A DNA stretch of 48,175 nt from Clostridiales bacterium DTU064 (GTDB lineage Bacteria > Bacillota > Clostridia > Oscillospirales > CAG-272), in the NCBI GenBank assembly GCA_001513385.1, contig LFTK01000130.1:1-48175 (forward strand), read 5' to 3'. The notes under the pieces are model-generated. The model was not told the DNA's origin and did no database searches. It worked only from the letters and a program-made list of their open reading frames with translations. The number at the start of each line of letters is the position of its first letter. Position 1 is the stretch's first letter. Below, piece by piece: positions 10,204 through 20,298 of the stretch. A program made the translations under genes and the position numbers.

Positions 10204-11046
10204 ATGTCACTTTTCAGTGTAGAAGAAAGAAAAAGAATTATGGATTACATAATATCTTTCACTAAGAGTTACGAGCATATTGTAGCACTTGTCGCTGTCG
10301 GTTCGGGGTCATATGGTTTTTATGATGAGTTATCCGATCTTGATTTTGTAATAGCCATTGACAGTAATGAAAACATGGAAATGGTTATGGAATATGTAAA
10401 GTCACAGCTTGATAAATGCCTGAACTATATATACTTTAAGCAAAGTCCCCAGAAAAGGCTCCAAGTATATTTATCTGACAATTATCTTGAAATTGACATT
10501 GGTTACGGTGCTTACACCAGTGCAGCTGCCACTAAAAAGCATTGGAAAGTGCTTTTTGATAAGTCGGAAACAGTAGAGAAAGCAATGCGCGCCTCTTGGG
10601 AGGGGAAAATAGCTAATGAGAATGAGACAAATGAATTAAGCCAAAGACTTGCAGAGTGTTCGGACTCAGTCTGGCATAATCTGATGCTTGCTGCGGTTGC
10701 AATAAAGCGCGGGCAGTATTGGCGTGCATATACGGAACTTGAATTTGTGCGGAAATGGCTGATTGAGCTGCTTTGCTATAGGTACTCCCTTGATTCCGAC
10801 CGGAACAGAGAAGTGGATAAACTCCCCGAAGCTGAACTATCTGTACTCAACAAAACACTTGTTTCAAGTTTGAATAAAGACGCACTTTGGAGAAGTCTCG
10901 ATGCACTTGTTGATGCTGTATATACTGAACTTGAAAGCTATGGTGAACGTGCGTGTATTATTGTTAACCGTCAGCAGGTAAATGAATACATAAATGCGTG
11001 CAGGAATTATAAGCTTCTCTCGGAGAGTTCTTTTAATGACGAGTAA
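10204..11046 (+). CDS. nucleotidyltransferase resembling lincosamide (Lnu) / aminoglycoside ANT(6)-type enzymes
   Basis: Start moved to the ATG at 10204 (SD GGGGAGGTG). NTase motif GSGSYGFYDELSDLDF. The C-terminal helical region (WHNLMLAAVAIKRGQYWRAYTELEFVRKWLIELL) resembles the LnuB segment NLWLMGINVLKRGEYARSLELL, quoted from memory. Confidence 0.65.
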   Translation: MSLFSVEERKRIMDYIISFTKSYEHIVALVAVGSGSYGFYDELSDLDFVIAIDSNENMEMVMEYVKSQLDKCLNYIYFKQSPQKRLQVYLSDNYLEIDIGYGAYTSAAATKKHWKVLFDKSETVEKAMRASWEGKIANENETNELSQRLAECSDSVWHNLMLAAVAIKRGQYWRAYTELEFVRKWLIELLCYRYSLDSDRNREVDKLPEAELSVLNKTLVSSLNKDALWRSLDALVDAVYTELESYGERACIIVNRQQVNEYINACRNYKLLSESSFNDE

Positions 11047-11408
11047 ACGGGTATTTTCAGTTGTTTTACGAAGATTTGACGCCGGGATATTTCTTTAAAA
11101 AAAGCGGAATTATTTTGAAATGAGCGGGTGAGCAGTTATATAGATAATATCCCGGAAAACAACAATAATCCCCCTGAAGGTTAACATGAGACCTCATTGT
11201 CATATAAATTAAAGCGAAAAGAGTGGGAAAATGATGGAATGTCTGAGATTATTAAACTCGCAGGGCGAATGGAAGATAGACACAGACTTTCAGGGAACGA
11301 GTAAAAAGATAAAAAAAGCAAATATAAAGAACACCGGAACGATGAATTAATAAAATATAAGGCAGGCTTAATATTTACATATATTAAACAAATGATAAAG
11401 GTGAATCT

Positions 11409-12767
11409 ATGGCAATAACTTATAAAGAAATAGACACAGAACTTCTCGAAAATATAACGGTAAAATACGGTGAATGGGCTAAAAAGCACATTCACATAGG
11501 AAGCGACAGCTTTTCGCTTGCCGCAATATTCGACGATATACCGGTTGGTTTTATTTCTACATATATACGGAATCTTGACGAACCTCTCGCAGAAGAAAAA
11601 GACGCATACATTGATGTTATCGAGGTGGATAAAGAATTCCGCCGGAAGGGCATTGCGGCTGAGTTGATTTCACGAACCGAGGTGTGGGCAAAAGAAGAAG
11701 GACTTTTGCAAATACGTGCGTGGAGCAATCAAAGTAAAGTTGGAGCAATAAAGATGTGGCGAAGCCTTGGCTACGGGCTTTGTCCTGCGAAAATCTGGAT
11801 TGAATGGTGCCATGAAATTGTTGACGGATACTATGTTGTAAAACAGTTGAATCCAAAAAATCCATACCCCGAAATAACAAAACTGATAAAAAAGGATTTA
11901 CGCAGCGCTACATCAAAACCGATAGGGGACTTCCGGCTTACCCGTGCGAAAAGCGGTGTTTATGTATATAAGTGTTTGTATGATGGAAGCCCCGCAGTTG
12001 TCAAGTATTTTGAAAATGAAAGCGACAGGCGTGAAATCTTAAACTACCGGATATTAACTCGACACAATATTCCGACTATTGATGTGCTGGCGCTTGGCAC
12101 AGCAACTCTTGTGATGGAAGATATATCCGCATCAGACGATTGGCGGCTTGGGGTGGAGGATGATTTTTATGATGTTGATGTTACGAAATGCCTTGCAAAG
12201 TGGTATTTTACGTTTCATGAAAACGGTACATCCGTTTCAGAGCTTGAAAGCTTATTTTTTGAATATGATAGCCTGACGAAAGAGAACTTCATAATACTAA
12301 AAGAAAAATTTCCAGAAGCCAGGGAACTCTTTGATTTTGTTCTGGCACATTACGATAAGTTACGTAAGTTGCTCTATAAACCCGCCTTTACACTTGCATA
12401 TAACGATTTCCACTGGTCGAATTTTGTCGTTCGTAAGGACAAGACGTCAGCGATGATGATTGACTTCAACCTAATGGGAAAAGGGTACAGATATTCTGAT
12501 TTTCAAAATGTATGCGGTTCATTATCAGAAGAAGCAAAGTCGGCATTTATCCATGAATATGAGCGTTTATATAAGGAAAAGCATGGCCATTCACGCTCTA
12601 ATGATGAGCTGACTGAAAAGCAAATAGCAAATGTAGCGGGTAAATTATACGAGCTTGTCGTTGCATTTTTAGAAAGGGATACCTTCCCGGAGTGGGCTGA
12701 AGCCGTCAGAAACGAAGCCCAAGATGGGTCACTTTTAGCAGAAACAAAAAAACTGCTGTCGGAATAG
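11409..12767 (+). CDS. two-domain protein: N-terminal GNAT acetyltransferase fused to a C-terminal APH-type kinase
   Basis: 452 aa. GNAT acetyl-CoA-binding region (VDKEFRRKGIAAELI). Kinase catalytic loop YNDFHWSNFVV and MIDFNLMGKGYRYSDF. Confidence 0.75.
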   Translation: MAITYKEIDTELLENITVKYGEWAKKHIHIGSDSFSLAAIFDDIPVGFISTYIRNLDEPLAEEKDAYIDVIEVDKEFRRKGIAAELISRTEVWAKEEGLLQIRAWSNQSKVGAIKMWRSLGYGLCPAKIWIEWCHEIVDGYYVVKQLNPKNPYPEITKLIKKDLRSATSKPIGDFRLTRAKSGVYVYKCLYDGSPAVVKYFENESDRREILNYRILTRHNIPTIDVLALGTATLVMEDISASDDWRLGVEDDFYDVDVTKCLAKWYFTFHENGTSVSELESLFFEYDSLTKENFIILKEKFPEARELFDFVLAHYDKLRKLLYKPAFTLAYNDFHWSNFVVRKDKTSAMMIDFNLMGKGYRYSDFQNVCGSLSEEAKSAFIHEYERLYKEKHGHSRSNDELTEKQIANVAGKLYELVVAFLERDTFPEWAEAVRNEAQDGSLLAETKKLLSE

Positions 12768-12954
12768 TGTTACAAGACAAAAAAGCAAGCACGTTTTACT
12801 GAAACTTTGAGTTCACATCACATAGCAATATTCAAGTAGTTTTAATTGAGCGTAATTTCTTATAAAATTACATCAATTAATGAATCTACTTTTTTATGCA
12901 ACTATAAACTGTCAGACGCTGGTAAAGCATAAGATGTTTTATATAATTATTAGG

Positions 12955-12994
12955 AAAAAAGTGCATTTCCGGGTTTACGGAAATGCACTTTTTA
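12955..12994. terminator. bidirectional Rho-independent terminator between convergent genes
   Basis: AAAAAA-GTGCATTTCCG-GGTTTA-CGGAAATGCAC-TTTTT. Confidence 0.6.
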
Positions 12995-13067
12995 ATAAAA
13001 AGGCTTTGGTATCAATTCGATAGAAAGGAAAAAATATAAGTATCAAATAAGATTGTTAGAATATGAA

Positions 13068-13772
13068 TTAGCTTTTATTATTCTTTGGAACATCGCAGAA
13101 GAATCCGGCATATGGGAATTTATACAGCATTACAGGTGCGCCGAACATGCTGATAACCTCGCCCCTCGCCGTTCCATTAATAATCTGCTCCGCACCTTCT
13201 CTAAGCTTTGGGATTAAGTCCGGGCTGACGGGGAACGAACCATGTGATGGATATATTGTGTCAAACTCATTGATATACAAGGACAGCTTTTTCATGCTTT
13301 CGGCATACAGGGGCAGATTTCTGCGTTCCTTAAACATGAAGATGTTCCCATCCTGAACCGAATCTCCTGATATAAGCACCCTGTTATTTATATCAAGTAT
13401 AGCTATGCTGCCGGGCGTATGTCCGGGGATGAAGATTATTTTCAAGGGGCGGTTTCCAAGATCAATAATGTCATTATCATTTATAGGCACAATAGTTCCG
13501 GCACCGCCGTGGGCTCTGTAGTTTTCTTCTTCGTCAGGATGCATGTAAAAACGCTCAAAACTGCCGTTGCCTGAAATATGATCCGGGTCGGCATGTGTAT
13601 TCAGAAGCATTATCGGCAGTTTTGTGAAGCTTTCCGCAATTTGCTTTGCATCCGGTGTTCTCATGCCGCTATCAATAAGCAGCGCCTTTTCCGTTCCGGC
13701 AAGTAAGAAAAATCGTACGCCGCTATCCTCAATCCGCCATGTGGTATCGTTTATTTTGATAATCTCCGCCAT
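13068..13772 (-). CDS. MBL-fold metallo-hydrolase
   Basis: 234 aa. HxHxDH-type motif NTHADPDHISG, later GHTPGS and PSHG. Confidence 0.85.
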   Translation of the reverse strand: MAEIIKINDTTWRIEDSGVRFFLLAGTEKALLIDSGMRTPDAKQIAESFTKLPIMLLNTHADPDHISGNGSFERFYMHPDEEENYRAHGGAGTIVPINDNDIIDLGNRPLKIIFIPGHTPGSIAILDINNRVLISGDSVQDGNIFMFKERRNLPLYAESMKKLSLYINEFDTIYPSHGSFPVSPDLIPKLREGAEQIINGTARGEVISMFGAPVMLYKFPYAGFFCDVPKNNKS

Positions 13773-14063
13773 CAGTATTCCTCCACATCATCATTTATCA
13801 TTTATTTTATGATATCAATATCACGCATAAATCGCAATCATTTTCGCATAGTAAAATACTCGAAATCTTTTGCTCGTCATAAAAACGGGGGAGTGAAAGG
13901 CTATTTTAAATAATTTCAGGGGGACGAGAGGCTCATCATGGCTTAACTATTTCAATACTAATCAACTCTTACTTCTCGGCAGCCGTAAATTACAAATACA
14001 TTGTACCATATTATTGCAGAGGAATGTATAGCGTAACATGTTGTTAGTCGATTTAATTCCAAA

Positions 14064-14750
14064 CTATGCTCTCTGCAATGTCGCGGATGGTATTTTCATC
14101 TGTAAGAGCAGAGTCAAACTCAAAGGCAACATATGTCCTGTGAGCAGTGTTATATGTGAGAAGACCGTAGTTATATTTTGCTGCAGGATTTTCAACGCCA
14201 TCAATCTCATATGACTTTGCTCTATAATAAACCTTTGTAATGGCAACATTACCATGCTCAAAGGTTTTATAACTTCATAAGTACTTCCACTATAATCATC
14301 ACTTGTATCACAAAGAAGAACAAGACACCTCAAATGTGTTGCCAAATCAATCTGAGAATGATTAAACTCAGAGGTGTTTAACTCTTCTTCGGATAATTCT
14401 TCTTTATCATCCGCATATTTCTGAACCCTATTGATAAAAGTTTCTCGGCTATCATTATTTACACTTATTGTTTCTAAACACATCTACATATTAATTGCTC
14501 ATCAAGTGTCCAGCCTTCCGAAATTGTAGTTTCGATAGTAAAACCCGTAAAAATGATGCGCGCTGTTGTATTGTCATGCCATTATAATTATGCGGAAAGT
14601 GTACGGAGACAGTGCTGTAGCTATTTGCTGTTTTGTATTCAAACTTATGCGGCTCAATTTCAACAAGAGAGACGCAGGTTTTTGTGCTGTTGTGATAAAA
14701 TACCCATATATTTCTATGGTAAAATTCGCTGTCATTTTTAATTGTATCAT
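14064..14750 (-). pseudogene. hypothetical protein gene with several frameshifts
   Basis: Protein-like segments lie in three frames on the minus strand: MIQLKMTANFTIEIYGYFITT.., ..HDNTTARIIFTGFTIETTISEGWTLDEQL.., ..ETISVNNDSRETFINRVQKYADDKEELSEEEL.., ..FEHGNVAITKVYYRAKSYEIDGVENPAAKYNYGLLTYNTAHRTYVAFEFDSALTDENTIRDIAESI. Confidence 0.45.
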
Positions 14751-15021
14751 TTTGACGTTTCTTTTACTGCCCGATATATAGTGTAAAATTAAATGGGGTA
14801 ACAGGAACTGAATAGAGTATTAAAGAGAATCAGGTTATAATGTCACAGTTATTTAACCATAAGTAAAAGCACAAAATTCATTTATTATTAAGTATTATGA
14901 AACACTCACGTTGTTCTTCTAAAAAGTTGAATAAATATGTATTAGCGAAAAACCCCTTCCGTTAGATAAAAACTAACGAAAGGGGTTCAATATATTTAAT
15001 GGATACTCTATATATAGGCAG

Positions 15022-15780
15022 TTACCTATTCTCCAAAACTGTCTCCTTCACAAACGAAACGGATGCGTTAATTGCTGTATTAAAGTCCTCGCCGCCAAAT
15101 CCGTGCCCGGCCCCCGGAATCATTTTGATAGAAGCATTCGGGAACAGGCGTAAAGCTTTCTCGACTACACCCGTTGAAACAATAAAGTCACGGTCTCCCT
15201 GAACTATCAGCACCTTGCCTTTGTAGTTCGGCATGAGCTGCCACGGGTCAATTTTTGCAGCGTCACTGTCAAAGTCCGGGGAAAGCCGAACACCGAACAC
15301 ATCACGGACTCCCATAGCAAGACGATGCTTTGATGCTTCAGGTATCATCAGGGCAGGATACCATAGAATAAGCCCGCGGAAGCTTTCGGGGGACTCTTCC
15401 GCGACAAGTGTGCTTACAAGGCCACCTTGACTTTCACCCATTAAGAAAAGGTTGTCTGTATCAACATCGCTTTGTGAACGTACATAATCGACAACGAGCT
15501 TTAAATCTTCACATTCGGTGGAAATCGTCATCATTTCCGAAAGCGCGCCGTCACTTGTTGTTCTCAATCCGCCGCCGCGAAAGTCAAACATAAAGCAGTG
15601 AATACCCGCTTTTGCAAAGGCTTCGCCCCTGTTATGTAAATCGGCGCAGCATCCGTTGAAGCCATGGCTTAAAATTACCGCAGGTTTCCGCCCGCCACCC
15701 GTGGCAGGGAATTTAACTCCTCTGACTGTCATGCCGTTTTCGTGGGTAACGCTGAAGTGCACAAAGCTCACCTGATCCAT
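15022..15780 (-). CDS. alpha/beta-fold hydrolase (dienelactone hydrolase / S9-like)
   Basis: 252 aa. Nucleophile elbow GESQGG. C-terminal GAGHGF. Confidence 0.8.
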   Translation of the reverse strand: MDQVSFVHFSVTHENGMTVRGVKFPATGGGRKPAVILSHGFNGCCADLHNRGEAFAKAGIHCFMFDFRGGGLRTTSDGALSEMMTISTECEDLKLVVDYVRSQSDVDTDNLFLMGESQGGLVSTLVAEESPESFRGLILWYPALMIPEASKHRLAMGVRDVFGVRLSPDFDSDAAKIDPWQLMPNYKGKVLIVQGDRDFIVSTGVVEKALRLFPNASIKMIPGAGHGFGGEDFNTAINASVSFVKETVLENR

Positions 15781-15827
15781 CGTCGTTTCCTTTCTTTATA
15801 TTATAATTATGTTAAATTACTTCTTAT

Positions 15828-17195
15828 TTAGGATGCTGTACGAATCTTCTTCATCCATTTACGGCTGCGCAGACGGAAATAGCACCAAACGCACTTTATT
15901 ATCTGGTCAATTTTAAGAAAGGTATAAATCCAAAACGGCGGCATATGCAAGACAAGACCGGCAATAATACCGAGGGGAATTGACGCTACCCAAAGGAATA
16001 AAATATCGCCCGCCATGAGAAAACGAGTGTCTCCGCCGGCGCGAAGGACGCCTTTTGTTAAAACCGAGTTCATGGACTGGAAGATAACGATAAAGCCGAT
16101 AGCGTCCATGAGCTCCCATGCAATTGCTTTCGTTTCCTCCGATGCCTTGTAGTAATTGATTATAGGTGTGCGCATCAAAAGAATTACAACTGCTGCAAAA
16201 CAGCCGAGGATAAATCCAATACCCAAAAACGTATAGCCCTGCTTCTGGGCTTTTTCCATGTCTCCTTCGCCCATTGTGTGGCCGGTAACAATGCAGCTTG
16301 CGTGTGCCATGCCTTGAGTTAAAACGGAAGATAACTGCTGCAGAATTGTTGTTACGGAGTTAGCGGATACAAAAGTCTTACCAATGCGCCCTATTACCAT
16401 GGCGACGGCGTTGTTGCCGAGTGCTAAAAGGCCGTCGCTTATAAACACAGGTATACATACGCGGATATATTCGAAAAGCAAGTCGGCGCATCTCATGCTA
16501 ATATCTTTGATTTTGTAACTTATTCGCTTATCATAGAAAAAGAAATATCCGCATATGAATGTCAGCTCAAAAAGCCTTGCTATCAGTGTTCCAACAGCGG
16601 CACCGGCTATCTCCATCCGCGGCGCACCTAAATGACCGAAGATGAATACCCAGTTGAAAAATATATTAACGAAGAACGCAATGATAGATGAGATGAGAGG
16701 GATTCTCACCTGCCCCACGCTTCGGAGAACAATCGTACACGTAAGGGACAGTCCTATGCAAACAAATACGGGGATTTGCCAGCGAAGATATATGACGCCG
16801 TAGCTTATAATATCCTTCTCCGGTGTGTACATCCGGACAATCAAATTTGGGGCAAAGATTGTCGCCAGTGTGAACAAGGAGGATAGTATGAGGACAAACC
16901 GAAGCATGATGGTAACAGCTTTGCGAAGGGAGGGGAGCTCTTTCATGCCCCAGTATCTTGATGTTAAGACTGACGCCCCCATGCCAATCCCCATGCAAAA
17001 GATTTGATAAAGGTTTATGAACTGCCCGCCGAGAGCAGAAGCCGACAGCTGTGTATCGCCCATGGAGCTGAGCATTATAGTATCCATTAGGTTTACCCCG
17101 ACGGTTATAAGCTGCTGGGCTGAAATGGGGATTGCAATCGATAATATTTTCTTGTAAAAGTTCTTATCTCCGACGTATTCCTTTAAAGAATTCAT
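15828..17195 (-). CDS. MATE-family efflux transporter
   Basis: 455 aa with about 12 hydrophobic segments and a typical MATE N-terminus (..ILSIAIPISAQQLITVGVNLMDTIMLS..). Confidence 0.9.
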   Translation of the reverse strand: MNSLKEYVGDKNFYKKILSIAIPISAQQLITVGVNLMDTIMLSSMGDTQLSASALGGQFINLYQIFCMGIGMGASVLTSRYWGMKELPSLRKAVTIMLRFVLILSSLFTLATIFAPNLIVRMYTPEKDIISYGVIYLRWQIPVFVCIGLSLTCTIVLRSVGQVRIPLISSIIAFFVNIFFNWVFIFGHLGAPRMEIAGAAVGTLIARLFELTFICGYFFFYDKRISYKIKDISMRCADLLFEYIRVCIPVFISDGLLALGNNAVAMVIGRIGKTFVSANSVTTILQQLSSVLTQGMAHASCIVTGHTMGEGDMEKAQKQGYTFLGIGFILGCFAAVVILLMRTPIINYYKASEETKAIAWELMDAIGFIVIFQSMNSVLTKGVLRAGGDTRFLMAGDILFLWVASIPLGIIAGLVLHMPPFWIYTFLKIDQIIKCVWCYFRLRSRKWMKKIRTAS

Positions 17196-17617
17196 ATTAT
17201 GTATCCAACACTTATTTATCTTGACCGTATTAACCGAGATATTATTATTTTTAAAATAATATTTTCGCTTTTCTCATATCAAACAAAACGTTTTTCTCAC
17301 CGGCAAAATTGAACTGCAGCAACTGTACATTGCTGCAGTATTATTAAGAGAATTGTCTTTTTGATAAATCACCTTATCGAATCTATGATACCAAAATAAT
17401 AAGGATATTTCAATGTTTACGGTGTAATTTTGAGAATAATAATTCGCTTTTACGTTTTTATAATATCGTTGACCCGGGGGATTTTCTTTATTTACTTGAA
17501 AAATCAAGAGCGGCGTCCGTCTATAACGGACCCCGCTCTTTGTTGTGAAAGTATAAAACCCTATTGAATATTAGAAGAACGGCAAAGACCCGCTGTCGGT
17601 AATGTGTACTAAAAAGT

Positions 17618-18870
17618 TTATGGTATATCTACGTAAGGTACTGTGTAGCAGACAATATTTCCATCTTCTTCGTAAAGAAAATAATTAAAATTATAACCTT
17701 CTACACTCGCTTCAACATAAAGAACAGTTCCGGATGAAGAGTTGAAGGCCTGAATACTATCGATAATAGTATTCGTTGGGAAACTGTAGAAAAGCTCAGT
17801 ATTACCTTCCAATAACTTAAATATTTTACCACCAGTAGGATTCGTTGCCGATCCTGTATGTGGACATGAGCGTTCATACTCTTCCGGAGAATAACCGCTA
17901 AAGTAAATGTTGTTGCTGTCGTCGATTGTAAAACTCATACGATCTCCGGTTACCTCGGAAGTATAAAGTGTATCGGTCAGTGTGCCGTCATAGCTATATA
18001 GGTAAACACCGCTTGTTGATTGACACAGGATTTGATCGTCAAGGAGAATAAAATAACTGATTTCACCGCGGTTTATTATTTCAGTGTCGGTACCTGCATT
18101 AATATCATAAGCATGAAGAACGGATTTTATATCGTAATAGAGAACTCCATTCTTTACGAAGTATCTAACATCATCGTTTGCGAAAGATAAGACTTTTTCT
18201 ACATTATCATTGCTAGTATTGAGTTTATAAATGATAATGCCATATTCTTCCGCTTCTTCGTTGTAATAGTCTTGTGAAAAATATACATCCCCGTCACAGG
18301 CAACGAGATACCCGATTCTGTCACCCTCCGGTGTGCGGTAGTGCTCATGAAGTGTCGTGTCCATAGAATCTATGTCAAGTGAATATATTATGGTTACATC
18401 TTCACCACCGTACATAACATCCCGCCGGGCAAAATACAACTTACCGTCGGACTCGTTGCATGAAAGAGTATTGTATGTTTCATTGCCAGCGGAGCTTGCC
18501 GCACACCCTTCCTCAAAGCCTTTGTGCTTACAAAGAGGGTCGTTGCACAGAGGGAGTATAGCGCCTGTTGTTTTGTTTATGTAGCAAAGATATAGAGCTT
18601 GCCGTTCGTTACGGGCTAATAAAACAATTGCGTCCTTTGTCTCCGCTTACCCTTTTTTATAATCTAAAAGAATTCCGTTTGAGGATATCCCGGATTCAAG
18701 CGGTTGCCAAACGATTGTATCGTTAGTTGTGTCTTCAGTATTCTGGGTTTCGTCTATTTCTCCCGCCTTAACATAATTAAACTCACTGCAGGAAGTCAGT
18801 AAAAGAAGCATTAATGTAAGCAAAGTAAATGCTAGAATTAAAATTACTCTCTTCTTGATGTTCCCCCCAT
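17618..18870 (-). pseudogene. secreted lipoprotein with beta-propeller-like repeats (DUF5050-like), interrupted by an in-frame TAA and with its ATG out of frame
   Basis: Track ORFs 18647-18994 and 17618-18439 are in the same frame, separated by a single TAA (18647-18649). Reading continues ..DYKKG*AETKDAIVLLARNERQALYLCYINKTTGAILPLCNDPLCKHKGF... The lipobox signal peptide (KKRVILILAFTLLTLMLLLLTSC) is reached from the ATG at 18868-18870 only if the G6 run (C6 at 18863-18868 on +) were G7. Confidence 0.55.
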
Positions 18871-20037
18871 TCTTTAGTATAAGTTTTCTTTGGAATATTG
18901 CTAAACGGTTGAGTAAAACATTACACAGAAGTTTATCGTCCCCCTTCCTTTTTAAATAAATAGGTCTCTTCTCTTTATTCTCAGCACGTCGCATTACAGT
19001 CGAGTTAAATGGCTCACGAAGCAGAATAATAACAAATTGAATATTATCAAGACGTTTCTGTTAATTACAAATGCAGCAGAAAAGCAATGGTTTTTATAGT
19101 TTCATTCTGAAAAATATAGCTTTGTCACCCTTGCGAGGAGTAATTGCATTCATATTAATCAATAAGTAAATTAACCAGAAAGACGTACACCAAGAATGTG
19201 TGTTCTATAACGTTATGTATTTATATTAACTTGATCATTTAACATTTTTATAAATCAGGGCTTCGTGTCTGACGACAGTATGTTTATTATATTTTATGGT
19301 TTTCATACATTGCAGGTGTAAATGTGAGGTATTAAATAAAGTCGGGACGAGTCATTAATATAATTTAACTCCGCTGATAATATATTTGCTATAATTAATA
19401 AAATGTAGTTGTAGTTCAATAATATGGTATCATAGATAATTAATATTGTCAACATTACATAATTTACATAATTGTAATCTATGTATTAATAAATATATCG
19501 TACAAAAATGTTTGCGAAGTCTATAAAAAAGCTACAGTAAATAAATAGAGTTGTATTTTTTAGTAAAAAACTTGATGTGAACAATGGAAAAAACGACAAG
19601 GAACAATATTCATATATCAACGTCTAATACAATTTGTATTATATACAGTCATTATTGTTGTAATATAACAGAACGTCGGGCTTCAAACAAAAGGGAAAAA
19701 CTCGTGAAAAAGCATTGTAATTCCGGAGAAAGTGAACTATATTGTAAATTATTGTACTCAAGGATACAAGGACTGTGTATGAACGTGATATAGTTGACGG
19801 TAAACTATGTGAAATACTGACAGATAAAAAAGAAGTGAATTACTACATTCTTAAAAGATACTACGATGGTACATGGCGCTGGTTGGGAATTGATCGATTC
19901 TTTGATATTACGAGTGAATACGATACTGTGATGTCTTACATAAAAGCGCAGTAAAACATAAAACACTGTCTTTTCTTTATACCCATCAAGTAAACTGTCC
20001 TTATTGAGCTTTTTATATCTTTCTTTATAAATAAAAT

Positions 20038-20080
20038 CTCCTGTGGTGTTTTTATTGCTGCCACAGGAGTTATTTTTTTA
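20038..20080 (+). terminator. Rho-independent terminator
   Basis: CTCCTGTGG-N14-CCACAGGAG followed by TTATTTTTTT. Confidence 0.5.
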
Positions 20081-20298
20081 TTGCTCGTTTATTACGTGCC
20101 TTATCAAAATGATATAAAACTTATAAAAGTTAAAGACGAGAATTTTTTAGGGTGCGAGTTAAAAAAAGATTTAATCATGCGTTATAATGGAAATAAAGTT
20201 ATAATACAGCAGCTCTTTAACCGGACACATCTAAGCATAAAAGGACAAGAAAATAAGTGTCTTTTCTGTTAATGTAGCTTCAAGAGGGGTGGGGTGAG

